This document shows, piece by piece, positions 1 to 8,497 of a DNA stretch of 32,000 nucleotides. The stretch lies in NCBI RefSeq assembly GCF_018398935.1, contig NZ_CP074694.1, positions 240,001-272,000 of the forward strand, given 5' to 3'. The stretch is from Telmatocola sphagniphila. GTDB lineage: Bacteria; Planctomycetota; Planctomycetia; Gemmatales; Gemmataceae. A program made the translations under genes and the position numbers. The notes below the pieces were generated by a model. The model saw only the letters and a program-made list of their open reading frames with translations, was not told the DNA's origin and made no database searches. Every line of letters begins with the position of its first letter. The stretch's first letter is position 1.

Positions 1-187
1 TCATGGGATAAAAGGGGTCGGCAGCAAGGTATTGCAGAAGCAGATTTTGCTTCTCCGGACGGAGAACGTGATGCTGCGATTCTCCGCTGGCACGAAAGGC
101 TTCTTCGCAGGAGATGACGCCATCTTCCTGATAGAAGCCGATCTGTTCTTCCATCGAATCTTCGAATCGAAATCGGCATAATCGCAT
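1..187 (-). CDS. Hypothetical protein, N-terminal fragment only (gene runs off the left window edge); faint resemblance to N-termini of fumarylacetoacetate-hydrolase-family proteins
   Basis: Minus-strand ATG at 185-187 is preceded by GAGGAGCATCCTT (GGAG 7 nt upstream). The frame stays open to position 1 and reads MRLCRFRFEDSMEEQIGFYQEDGVISCEEAFRASGESQHHVLRPEKQNLLLQYLAADPFYP. It is not in the ORF track because it is truncated. Confidence 0.45.
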   Translation of the reverse strand, partial: MRLCRFRFEDSMEEQIGFYQEDGVISCEEAFRASGESQHHVLRPEKQNLLLQYLAADPFYPM

Positions 188-265
188 AAGGATGCTCCTC
201 GAATGCGATTATATACGAAACCCAGCTATCGAGGGGATTTGAGTGGAGAGAAACGGGGCGATGAA

Positions 266-2701
266 TTAAGAAGCCGCGGGAGTGGCCATATCGCCGTTGG
301 CATACATAGTCTTGGGGTTTTCATGGTAAATCGGCAGGCTCAGTTCATAGAGCTGGATACGACCGTCCGATGTGCCGGCTGCCAGTCGCCGTCCACTTTC
401 GGAGACGGTCATCACGCAGGAGAGAATCTGCCCCGTTTTGCACTCGGCAGTCTTTTCAAAGGTCCTCAAATTCCACAAAAACACTTCGCCGGCTTCTCCG
501 ACCGAAAGCAAGTGTTGGTTTCCGGGGAGGAATTGAACCAGTCGAATGTTGTTCGAATGACCGTTCAGGATTGTAGCCGTGTTCAGGCTGGGGGTCAGGG
601 CATCCCATAAGATGACCGCTCGATCGAGACCCGCGGAAGCCAGCAGTTTCGAGTTCGGAGAGAAGGCCACGGCGGTCACAATGTCGGAGTGGCCTTCGAG
701 CTTCGCTTTGCTACTGGAACCCAGCCAGCCGTTGCTCCAAATTCGGATATTTCGACCTTCGCTCCCGGAAGCAATCAGGCGACGATCGGGCGATACCGAC
801 AGCGATCGGATTTGATTATTATGGCCTTTGAGCGTGGAACGCCCGCTATAGGTCCGATTGCTGATTTTCTGAGCGTAGATTACGTGGCCGATGGAGAATA
901 CCAGCATTCGCCCGTCGGGCGAGAAATTGATGCAGTTCACACCATGCTTGTCGTCGAATGTTCCCCAGTCGTAGACTTTTTCTTCCTGATAATCCCAACG
1001 CCAGAGCCGGGCCTGATTATTGAGTGTCCCGCCCACGACGATATAAGGCTCGTCGGGAGCGAGTGCCACCGCCTGGATTTCCACACCGGGACGGGGCAGC
1101 ATGGCCAGTTCGACAGGTGTGGGCTTGGAAATATCCCAAACTCGAACGGTTCCATCCAAGCCGCCGCTGACGCAAAGACGGCCGTTTCGAGCCATAGAAA
1201 GTGAGGTCACTAAGCCCGTATGAGCCGAAATCATCGAAAGAGTACTAGAGTGCAGGCTCTTCATTTCGGACTGAGTGGCCATCTCGGTTGTATTTTCGTG
1301 GCCTTCAGTCTCCATGTAGATGTCTGCGGCGGGAATCGGGGTCCCGGAATTCATTTCCGAATCGAGCGAATCCAGTAACTGCGAATCGCTCACCCCGCCA
1401 AGGGTGGCTACATCTTCCACTTTCGGCGGCGCATCTTCCTGCGGTGTAATCTTAACCGAAAGAGAGTTATCCTTGCCATTGAGGTACTGATCGAGTAAAT
1501 CCGAGAGTTGCTTGGGACTGCTGAATCGATCATCGGGCCGCTTCATGAGCAGCCGGCGTGTGATCGTCACCACGGGCATCGGAATATTCGGCCGCATCTC
1601 CTCGAGCGGAACTGGCGTGTCGGTCTGGTGGCGAAGAATCTTCTGAACATCCGTGCCTCCCGGAAAGGGCGGCCGTCCGGTCAGGATGTAATAGAAAGTG
1701 CAGCCGAGACTGTAGAGGTCAGAGCGGATATCGACGCTGCTCGCGTCGCGGGCCTGCTCCGGCGAAATAAAATCGGGGGTTCCCAGCAGCGCGCCTGCCC
1801 GGGTCAAGGGAGTGTGGCCGGTCTTATCTTCGATGGTCTCGTTCAGTCGAGCCAAACCCATATCCAAAATTTTAATCGTTCCCCAGTTATTGGAAGAACT
1901 GTCCGTTGTGGATCTGCGAAAGTTCAGATCGCGATCCCGCATCGTCACCAGAGTGGGACGGCGAAGATTTGCAGACGATCGCTTTGCGGACGCATTATTT
2001 TTCTGGGTGACCAGAATATTCGAAGGTTTGATGTCGCGATGGACCAAACCGCACTCGGCGGCGTGCTGCAGCCCCAAAGCACATTGGCGGATATATTCAC
2101 AGGCCTGCTTGATGCTCAAGGGTCCATTCGAACGGACCATTTTTTCGAGAGTCAACCCATCGACGTACTCCATGGCGATGAAGTGTACGCCTTCGAGTTC
2201 ATCGGCATCGTAGAGGGTGACGATATTCGGATGATTCAGTTGGGCGATGGCCTTGGCTTCTCGATGGAAGCGAGTCAGAACTTCCGGCTTCGCGGCGAGA
2301 ACCTGTGGCCGGATTAACTTGATGGCGACCATTCGTTCCAGGCGGGGCTGCCAGGCCCGAAAGACCATACCCATTCCGCCTTCGCCCAGCGGTTCGATCA
2401 ACCGGTAAGCGCCTATCAGCAATTTGTGAGCGTCGCCCTGGAGAATTTGTTCGCGCTGATAACTGGTAATGTAACCCAGCTCCGCCAGATGCTCGATCAG
2501 AGCGCTAGGATCTAGATCTCGGCTCTTATCCTGCTCCAGAATCTCCAGTTGGGGAGCTGTGAGGAAGAGATTCTTCCGCAGGAAGGTCAGTAAATCGAAC
2601 TCTACCGCGGTAGCCATGTCGAGGGAAAACCGTTCGAGTGCTAGGTGCCATCCAAGGCAATCATAGTTCACAATTTTGAGTCTGCGGAAAAATGTGTGCA
2701 T
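266..2701 (-). CDS. Ser/Thr protein kinase fused to a C-terminal WD40 beta-propeller
   Basis: 811-codon ORF. Kinase motifs: GEGGMGMVFRA (Gly loop), VAIK (Lys), HRDIKPSNILV (catalytic loop), DMGLAR (DFG position), GTPDFISPEQ (APE position). The C-terminal half has about 7 WD-like units (TVRVWD, NIRIWS, AVILWD, EVFLWN). The start is uncertain: ATG 2699-2701 or ATG 2615-2617 (MATAVEFDLL). Confidence 0.9.
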   Translation of the reverse strand: MHTFFRRLKIVNYDCLGWHLALERFSLDMATAVEFDLLTFLRKNLFLTAPQLEILEQDKSRDLDPSALIEHLAELGYITSYQREQILQGDAHKLLIGAYRLIEPLGEGGMGMVFRAWQPRLERMVAIKLIRPQVLAAKPEVLTRFHREAKAIAQLNHPNIVTLYDADELEGVHFIAMEYVDGLTLEKMVRSNGPLSIKQACEYIRQCALGLQHAAECGLVHRDIKPSNILVTQKNNASAKRSSANLRRPTLVTMRDRDLNFRRSTTDSSSNNWGTIKILDMGLARLNETIEDKTGHTPLTRAGALLGTPDFISPEQARDASSVDIRSDLYSLGCTFYYILTGRPPFPGGTDVQKILRHQTDTPVPLEEMRPNIPMPVVTITRRLLMKRPDDRFSSPKQLSDLLDQYLNGKDNSLSVKITPQEDAPPKVEDVATLGGVSDSQLLDSLDSEMNSGTPIPAADIYMETEGHENTTEMATQSEMKSLHSSTLSMISAHTGLVTSLSMARNGRLCVSGGLDGTVRVWDISKPTPVELAMLPRPGVEIQAVALAPDEPYIVVGGTLNNQARLWRWDYQEEKVYDWGTFDDKHGVNCINFSPDGRMLVFSIGHVIYAQKISNRTYSGRSTLKGHNNQIRSLSVSPDRRLIASGSEGRNIRIWSNGWLGSSSKAKLEGHSDIVTAVAFSPNSKLLASAGLDRAVILWDALTPSLNTATILNGHSNNIRLVQFLPGNQHLLSVGEAGEVFLWNLRTFEKTAECKTGQILSCVMTVSESGRRLAAGTSDGRIQLYELSLPIYHENPKTMYANGDMATPAAS

Positions 2702-2892
2702 TGCGCATAAAATCGAGCTTAACCAATTTCACGCCACTCATTAAAAAATGAAACTAGATGTCGCCTGAGCGGCCTCAAAAAAGCATTTTCTTGAATTTAG
2801 CCTCAAATTGGCGGTTCGCTTTCGATGCGAACTGCGACTATCCCTTTACAGGCCCGCAAAATGACCAACCTATGTTTACTAACTAGATCTGA

Positions 2893-2915
2893 GAAGTGAT
2901 TTTGAAAATCATTTC
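2893..2915. promoter_or_regulatory. Near-perfect 23-bp palindrome, candidate operator upstream of the S53 peptidase gene
   Basis: GAAGTGATTTT-G-AAAATCATTTC: 11-bp arms with 1 mismatch and a perfect 7-bp core TGATTTT/AAAATCA. A third half-site GAAATCACTTT lies at 2959-2969, overlapping a TTGACA hexamer at 2950-2955. Confidence 0.3.
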
Positions 2916-2998
2916 ATTTTTCTGTCCGTTGAAGTACGTGTATAGTTATTTGACACTTGAAATCACTTTACCGTGACCTACTTGAGGGAGCATCCTGA

Positions 2999-4678
2999 AT
3001 GGCTCAGCGAGTTTCAACCAATCGAAAACCTTCGCTCTTCAAAGCATTCCTGAGATTAGAATCGCTCGATGAGCGAAATGCACCAAGCGATCTTCTTTAC
3101 GGTGCGCTCAGTGCCGACTACGCATCACGATCCTGGTTATCGGATCCACAAGCTTCAAACCCAACGGATAGCAAGTCGGACACAGGCTCTACGGCGAATT
3201 CCACAACCGATTCCTCTTCCGCGAGTGTCGGATTGTTTGAGTTAATTGGCAACGATAACTCCTCGGATGTATACGTCGGTCGATCGAATTTCTCCAACCT
3301 GTTCTCCAATGACGCGTTCCGTAACGTCGCAGTGAATATCAACCCGGCTGCAAATTCCTCTTCGACTGCTAATAACGTTAGTGTGACCCCGGCCACCCCA
3401 TTCAATTCCACATTTAACGAAGCTAACTTGTTCTCGGGTACTCAAAGTTCCAGCAGCTTGAACAGTTCTGGCTCGAATACCCCCAATGCGAGTGCCGACT
3501 TCTTCGGTTTCGGTTTTGGCGGCTGGTTTGGGGACCGCCATGGTCATAATGGAGGTGGTGGAGGTTCCGGCGGCGGCACGGGTGGCGGTGGAGGTACCGG
3601 AGGTGGTGGTTCGGGAGGTGGTGGAAGCACCACGGTGAGCGTAGCAGGTTTTTCTCCCACCCAGATCGATACTGCTTATGGAATTCCAGCAACCTATACC
3701 GGAGCGGGAGTGACCATCGCGATTATTGACGCTTACAACGCCGCCAATTTGACCAGCGATGTATCTACCTTCAATACCAAATTCAATTTGCCGCAGTTCA
3801 ACACCACCGGTGGCCCCACTTTGAAAGTGGTGAACCAGACCGGAGGATCGACCTTGCCCGCGGCCAATAGCAGTTGGGCCGCGGAAATTGATCTGGATGT
3901 CGAGTGGGCGCACGCCATCGCACCGAAAGCCAACATTGAACTGGTCGAAGCGAATTCTTCCAATCTTTCCGATCTCTTAACGGCCGCTTCCTACGGGGCG
4001 GCTCATGCTCAGGTCGTGTCCATGAGCTTCGGCGGTAGCGAAACTTCCAACGAAACTTCTCTCGATTCCACCTTCAAGGTACCTAACGTTGCCTTCGTTG
4101 CGGCTGCCGGCGACAGCGGTACGGGTGCTGGGTATCCTTCCGCTTCCCCCTACGTGCTCTCGGTAGGCGGGACGACCTTAACCGTTACCTCCAGTGGTGC
4201 ACGATCGAGCGAATCTGCCTGGTCGAGCTCGGGAGGGGGCGTGAGTGCTTATGAAGCCGAGCCGGCTTACCAAGTCAACTACGGCATCACTTCGACCGGT
4301 GGTAAGCGAGGCACTCCGGACATCGCGTTCGATGCGAATCCTTCCACGGGCGTCGCGGTGTACAGCAGTGCAAGTGGCGGCTGGATTGAAGTCGGCGGAA
4401 CGAGTGTCGGAGCCCCGGCGATTTCCGGGATGATTGCATTAGTCGATCAAGGTCGCATTGCTCTGGGCAAACCGGTGATCTCGACTACGAATCTGTCCAA
4501 TGAGCCGTTTTATGCCGCTGCAGCCAGCAGTGTTTACAAAGCGAATTACTACGACGTCACTACGGGATCCGATGGCCGATCTACTTCGGCTTCCGCGAAG
4601 ACGGGATATGACCTGGTGACCGGTCTGGGCACGCCTAATGCCGCGAGCCTTATTCCCTGGTTAATCAATAACGATTGA
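2999..4678 (+). CDS. S53 (sedolisin/kumamolisin-type) serine-carboxyl peptidase with a low-complexity N-terminal region
   Basis: 559 aa. GAGGGAGCATCCTGA precedes the ATG. Catalytic-type motifs: AAEIDLDVEWAHAIAP (Glu/Asp pair), AAAGDSGTGAGYP (oxyanion Asp), GGTSVGAPAISGMIAL (nucleophile Ser in GGTS). The N-terminal ~200 aa are Ser/Asn/Thr-rich followed by a Gly run. Confidence 0.8.
   Translation: MAQRVSTNRKPSLFKAFLRLESLDERNAPSDLLYGALSADYASRSWLSDPQASNPTDSKSDTGSTANSTTDSSSASVGLFELIGNDNSSDVYVGRSNFSNLFSNDAFRNVAVNINPAANSSSTANNVSVTPATPFNSTFNEANLFSGTQSSSSLNSSGSNTPNASADFFGFGFGGWFGDRHGHNGGGGGSGGGTGGGGGTGGGGSGGGGSTTVSVAGFSPTQIDTAYGIPATYTGAGVTIAIIDAYNAANLTSDVSTFNTKFNLPQFNTTGGPTLKVVNQTGGSTLPAANSSWAAEIDLDVEWAHAIAPKANIELVEANSSNLSDLLTAASYGAAHAQVVSMSFGGSETSNETSLDSTFKVPNVAFVAAAGDSGTGAGYPSASPYVLSVGGTTLTVTSSGARSSESAWSSSGGGVSAYEAEPAYQVNYGITSTGGKRGTPDIAFDANPSTGVAVYSSASGGWIEVGGTSVGAPAISGMIALVDQGRIALGKPVISTTNLSNEPFYAAAASSVYKANYYDVTTGSDGRSTSASAKTGYDLVTGLGTPNAASLIPWLINND
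3551..3628 (+). repeat. Coding low-complexity GGN repeat (poly-Gly/Ser/Thr linker of the S53 peptidase)
   Basis: Translates to GGGGGSGGGTGGGGGTGGGGSGGGGS. The DNA is degenerate ggt/gga/ggc triplets. Confidence 0.8.
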
Positions 4679-4684
4679 TGAGAT

Positions 4685-4728
4685 AAAACAAAAAGGGTGA
4701 TCGGAGTTTACCGATCACCCCCTTTTTT
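4685..4728. terminator. Bidirectional intrinsic terminator between the convergent S53 peptidase and phoB genes
   Basis: Perfect 10-bp stem GGGTGATCGG (4695-4704) / CCGATCACCC (4711-4720) with loop AGTTTA. It is followed by T6 (4723-4728) on the plus strand and preceded by AAAACAAAAA (4685-4694), which is a T-tract for the minus strand. Confidence 0.75.
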
Positions 4729-5434
4729 AAACGACTTTAACCCCTTCAGAAAAGCGATAGCCTACGCCTCGAACGGTTTCTATCCATTCCCCTTCCGCTC
4801 CGACCTCCACTAATTTTCGCCGGAGAGTTTTGATGTGCACATCAATAGTTCTCTCCAGGACGATCGATCCCTCACCGATGGCGGCATCCATCAGTTGATG
4901 GCGGGAAAATGCCCGTCCAGGTTGTCGGAGCAGGCATTCCAGAAGTCGAAATTCCGTCGGCGTCAGTTCCAGCAATTTACCCTGGAAGCTGACCTTGTGC
5001 CGGACGCGATCGATTTCCAAGCCCAGGTGAGAGAGATTCTCTGCGGCTTCGCCGACATTTTCCGAGCGGCGTAGGAGAGCCTTGATTCTTTGGAGTAGAA
5101 CTTTATTGCTAAACGGTTTAGTGACGTAATCGTCCGCCCCCAGTGAGAAACCCACGACTTGATCGGTCTCTTCCGCCTTGGCGGTGAGCACGATAACGGG
5201 TATGGCCTTGGTTTTCTCGCCGGCGCGAAGCTCCTTCAGAATCTCCAGCCCTCCCACGCCGGGAAGCATGAGATCCAAAAGAATCAAATCCGGCAGCAGG
5301 CTCATGGCCTTGCGAAGGCCCTCGGGACCTTCCGTTGCGGCGGCAACTTCAAATCCTTCTTTATTCAAAAACCAGGTCAGCGTCTGGACCAGTCCGCGTT
5401 CGTCTTCCACGAGCAGAATGCGGGGTTTCGACAT
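4727..5434 (-). CDS. phoB: OmpR/PhoB-family response regulator (receiver plus winged-helix)
   Basis: 235 aa. RILLVEDE...LILLDLMLPG receiver domain and C-terminal VRGVGYRF. Last gene of the pst/pho unit, 17 nt after phoU with GAGGG upstream. Confidence 0.8.
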   Translation of the reverse strand: MSKPRILLVEDERGLVQTLTWFLNKEGFEVAAATEGPEGLRKAMSLLPDLILLDLMLPGVGGLEILKELRAGEKTKAIPVIVLTAKAEETDQVVGFSLGADDYVTKPFSNKVLLQRIKALLRRSENVGEAAENLSHLGLEIDRVRHKVSFQGKLLELTPTEFRLLECLLRQPGRAFSRHQLMDAAIGEGSIVLERTIDVHIKTLRRKLVEVGAEGEWIETVRGVGYRFSEGVKVV

Positions 5435-5451
5435 TGGTTAGCCCTCAGAGT

Positions 5452-6120
5452 TCAAATGCCCGTCACAATAGCTTCCGGTCGATGGCGAACGATTTCCCCT
5501 TCGACCAGATAAATCACATCTTCAGCAATGTTGGTGGCATGATCGGCGATTCGCTCGATATGCCGGGTGGCGGTGAACAACGAAAGACAGGGATCGATCA
5601 GATCCGGAGAGCGTTTCATTTCGTCGCGGAGTTCGTTGATGATTTCCGCGTGGTAACGATCCACATCGTCATCCATGCGAATGACTTTACGAGCGAGGGA
5701 ACTGTCCGATTTTACGAACGAATCCAAGCTCTGATGAACGAGGCCCGTGGCCAAATCGGTCATGCGGCGCAGCTTCTCCGGCACGGAGTGGCCGATGGGG
5801 ACGTCGATGGAACGTTCGGAGATATCCGCAGCCAGGTCCGCCATTCTTTCAAGGTCAGCGGCGATCATAAATACGGTGGCGATACGGCGCAAATCGCGCG
5901 CAACCGGCTGGTGCAGGGCAAGAATTTTCAGGCATTCCTCGACGACGTTATTTTCCAGCACGTCGATGCGATTGTCGCCCTCGATGACCTCCTGAGCCAG
6001 GCTGCGATCGTGTTCGAGAAGGGCCAATATCGCTTTATAAATGGAATCTTCCACCATGCCCGCGAGAGAAACGATCTGTTTCTGCAGATTCTCCAGGTCT
6101 CGTTCTAAATGCTTGGACAT
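5452..6120 (-). CDS. phoU: Phosphate signalling regulator PhoU
   Basis: 222 aa. Two PhoU repeats with E(R)xxD motifs (AADLERMADLAADI, TRHIERIADHATNI). Follows pstB. Confidence 0.9.
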   Translation of the reverse strand: MSKHLERDLENLQKQIVSLAGMVEDSIYKAILALLEHDRSLAQEVIEGDNRIDVLENNVVEECLKILALHQPVARDLRRIATVFMIAADLERMADLAADISERSIDVPIGHSVPEKLRRMTDLATGLVHQSLDSFVKSDSSLARKVIRMDDDVDRYHAEIINELRDEMKRSPDLIDPCLSLFTATRHIERIADHATNIAEDVIYLVEGEIVRHRPEAIVTGI

Positions 6121-6191
6121 TACTAGATCCTTCTGGTGCTGGACTCCATTGCGGCTTCACCCCTAAAACACCGCGAATTGACTGGCTGAGA

Positions 6192-7052
6192 TCAACCGAA
6201 TCGTCCGGTGATATAATCTTCCGTCTGCTTCTGATGGGGCCGCGTGAAAATCATATTCGTTGAGCCGAATTCAATCATTTTACCTTCGAAGAAAAAGGCC
6301 GTGGAGTCGGAGACTCGCGCGGCCTGCTGCATGTTGTGCGTCACAATTACGATGGTGTACTGGCTCTTCAGTTCGAAAATCAGGTCTTCAATTTTGTTTG
6401 TTGATTTAGGATCGAGTGCGGAAGCGGGCTCGTCCATCAGCAGAACTTCCGGGTCGGTAGCCAGCGAGCGGGCGATGCAGAGTCGCTGCTGCTGACCGCC
6501 GGACAAATCCATCGCCGATGAATGGAGGCGGTCTTTCACTTCATCCCACAAGGCCGCCTGCTTCAAGCACTTTTCGACCACGTAATCGAGTTTCGAGGGA
6601 TCTTTTTCGCCGGAAACTCGAGGGCCGTACACGACGTTCTCGTAAATCGATTTGGGGAACGGATTCGATTTCTGGAAAACCATTCCTACCCGGCGACGCA
6701 AATCAACCATGTTGACTTCCGCGCCGTAGATATCCCGGCCATCCAATCGGATCTGGCCCTGGTGATGCGTGCCATCAATCAGGTCGTTCATGCGATTGAG
6801 CATGCGCAGAAATGTCGATTTGCCGCAGCCGGAGGGACCGATGAGTGCGAGTACCGAACGCTCGGGGATCACCACGGAAATATCGAAGAGGGCCTGTTTG
6901 GAATGGTACCAGAAGTTGACATTCCTCGCTTCGAACTTGGGTCGAGAATTCAAAACATCGAGAGAGCCGCGGCCGGACGTGGACCGTTCGTTGATGATGT
7001 CTGAATAAAGTCTCGACACGGGTTCTCTCATGGGTTCGGGTACGATCAACAT
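6192..7052 (-). CDS. pstB: Phosphate ABC transporter ATP-binding protein PstB
   Basis: 286 aa. Walker [10 protein letters not shown], signature LSGGQQQRL, Walker [13 protein letters not shown]-terminal YITGRFG typical of PstB. A later start at ATG 7029-7031 is possible. Confidence 0.9.
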   Translation of the reverse strand: MLIVPEPMREPVSRLYSDIINERSTSGRGSLDVLNSRPKFEARNVNFWYHSKQALFDISVVIPERSVLALIGPSGCGKSTFLRMLNRMNDLIDGTHHQGQIRLDGRDIYGAEVNMVDLRRRVGMVFQKSNPFPKSIYENVVYGPRVSGEKDPSKLDYVVEKCLKQAALWDEVKDRLHSSAMDLSGGQQQRLCIARSLATDPEVLLMDEPASALDPKSTNKIEDLIFELKSQYTIVIVTHNMQQAARVSDSTAFFFEGKMIEFGSTNMIFTRPHQKQTEDYITGRFG

Positions 7053-7108
7053 AATTTGCAGATGTTTTATGTCACAATCGTGAAGAATTCATGTAGCGAA
7101 TAAGAATC

Positions 7109-8491
7109 TTAGACGGATTTTGCCAACGGTAATTGGAGCTGCATGGTGGTTCCCGAGCCCAATTCGCTGCTGGCAGTGACTTTTCCTCCCATCAAATTCG
7201 TTAAATGTTTCACGATAGACAAGCCTAAACCGGTTCCGCCCAACTGGCGGGACCGGGCTTTATCAACTCTATAAAAACGCTCGAAAATCCGGGGTAAATC
7301 CGCTGCCGGGATGCCACTGCCGTTATCCGAAATCCGGATGATGGCCTGATCTCCCTCGGCTTTCCAGCTCAGGGAGACGGTACCGTTATCGTTCGAGTAT
7401 TTCACGGCATTATCGATCAGATTATCTAAAATTTGTTCCAGAGCTTCGGGGTCGATCCACATCTGCAAATCGCTCTGTCGAGCATTTTGGATTCGCATCT
7501 GGATATTCTTCTGCTCTGCCCGGGGCAGGTGCCGATCGACGGAATCGGCCACTGCATCATAAAGCGAGACCGACATGAAATCGAAGACTTCCTTGGATGA
7601 TTCGATCCGGGCGAGGCTGATCAAATCCAGAATTAAGGCGTGCAGTCGTTCGCACTGCTCGGATATCTGGCGCAGAAACGGGATGCGGACTTCCGGATCA
7701 TCGATGGCTCCTTCCAGAAGAGCTTCCGAACTGGTTTGTATCACCGCCAGAGGCGTTTTGAGTTCGTGGGAAACATTGGCTACAAAGTCGCGGCGCATCT
7801 GTTCCAACCGTCTGAGATCGGTGGTATCGTTCATTACCAGAATCGCCCCCGCTGCATCGTCGCGTTGGAACTTGGCTATGTGCAGCATCAGATGTTTGAC
7901 CGGACCGGACGCCCATTCGATTTCTTCGCGGTAGGGCTGAGCTGAATTGAGACCCTTTTCGACTGCCTGGTGAATTTTGGGAAAGCGAGTGATCTCGTAG
8001 AGCGGGCGGCCTTCGGCATGAGAAGGTTGAAAATCGAGCATGCGGCCCGCACTCGCATTCGCGAAGACAATCCGCTGTCTGGTATCAACTGTGATGACTC
8101 CTTCAATCATCGCCTCAAGAATAGTGCGCAGCCGAATTTTATCGAGTTCCAGGTCCCGTATGCGGTCGTGGTAGCGCTGGCTCAGTTCATTAACCGAGGT
8201 GGCAATCGCGCGGCTTTCATAATAGCCGCCGCCAGTTAGGCGAAAATCGGGCTTCTGCGAGGGTATCGCTTCAATCGAATGGCGAAGCTTCTTCAAAGAC
8301 GCGAAAACTATTCGTTGGGAGACCAGATGCAGGCCAGGCAGCAGGAGTAAACCGAACAAGGAACCGGTTAAGAGTACCACCAAAAGAGAGGAGTCTTTGA
8401 GCGAAAGTAAATCGGCTCGGCAAACGAGAACACCCCCGGTAAATCCGAGTGTGAAGAGAATGAACAGAAACAGTAGCAGTCGATTTCGCAT
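7109..8491 (-). CDS. phoR: Phosphate-sensor histidine kinase (PhoR-like: 2 TM, PAS, HisKA, HATPase)
   Basis: 460 aa. H-box FVANVSHELKTPL, N-box DNLIDNAVKYS, G-boxes DNGSGI and GGTGLGLSIV. Two N-terminal hydrophobic segments. The start ATG lies 6 nt after the pstCA stop. Confidence 0.8.
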   Translation of the reverse strand: MRNRLLLFLFILFTLGFTGGVLVCRADLLSLKDSSLLVVLLTGSLFGLLLLPGLHLVSQRIVFASLKKLRHSIEAIPSQKPDFRLTGGGYYESRAIATSVNELSQRYHDRIRDLELDKIRLRTILEAMIEGVITVDTRQRIVFANASAGRMLDFQPSHAEGRPLYEITRFPKIHQAVEKGLNSAQPYREEIEWASGPVKHLMLHIAKFQRDDAAGAILVMNDTTDLRRLEQMRRDFVANVSHELKTPLAVIQTSSEALLEGAIDDPEVRIPFLRQISEQCERLHALILDLISLARIESSKEVFDFMSVSLYDAVADSVDRHLPRAEQKNIQMRIQNARQSDLQMWIDPEALEQILDNLIDNAVKYSNDNGTVSLSWKAEGDQAIIRISDNGSGIPAADLPRIFERFYRVDKARSRQLGGTGLGLSIVKHLTNLMGGKVTASSELGSGTTMQLQLPLAKSV

Positions 8492-8497
8492 GCCGGC

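Noticed and set aside
3551-3628. Degenerate GGN repeats here, and GGM-coding repeats at 17431-17502, considered as possible VNTR or CRISPR-like arrays.
   Set aside because: Both are in frame inside confident genes and encode Gly-rich linker or tail peptides. There is no spacer/repeat architecture.
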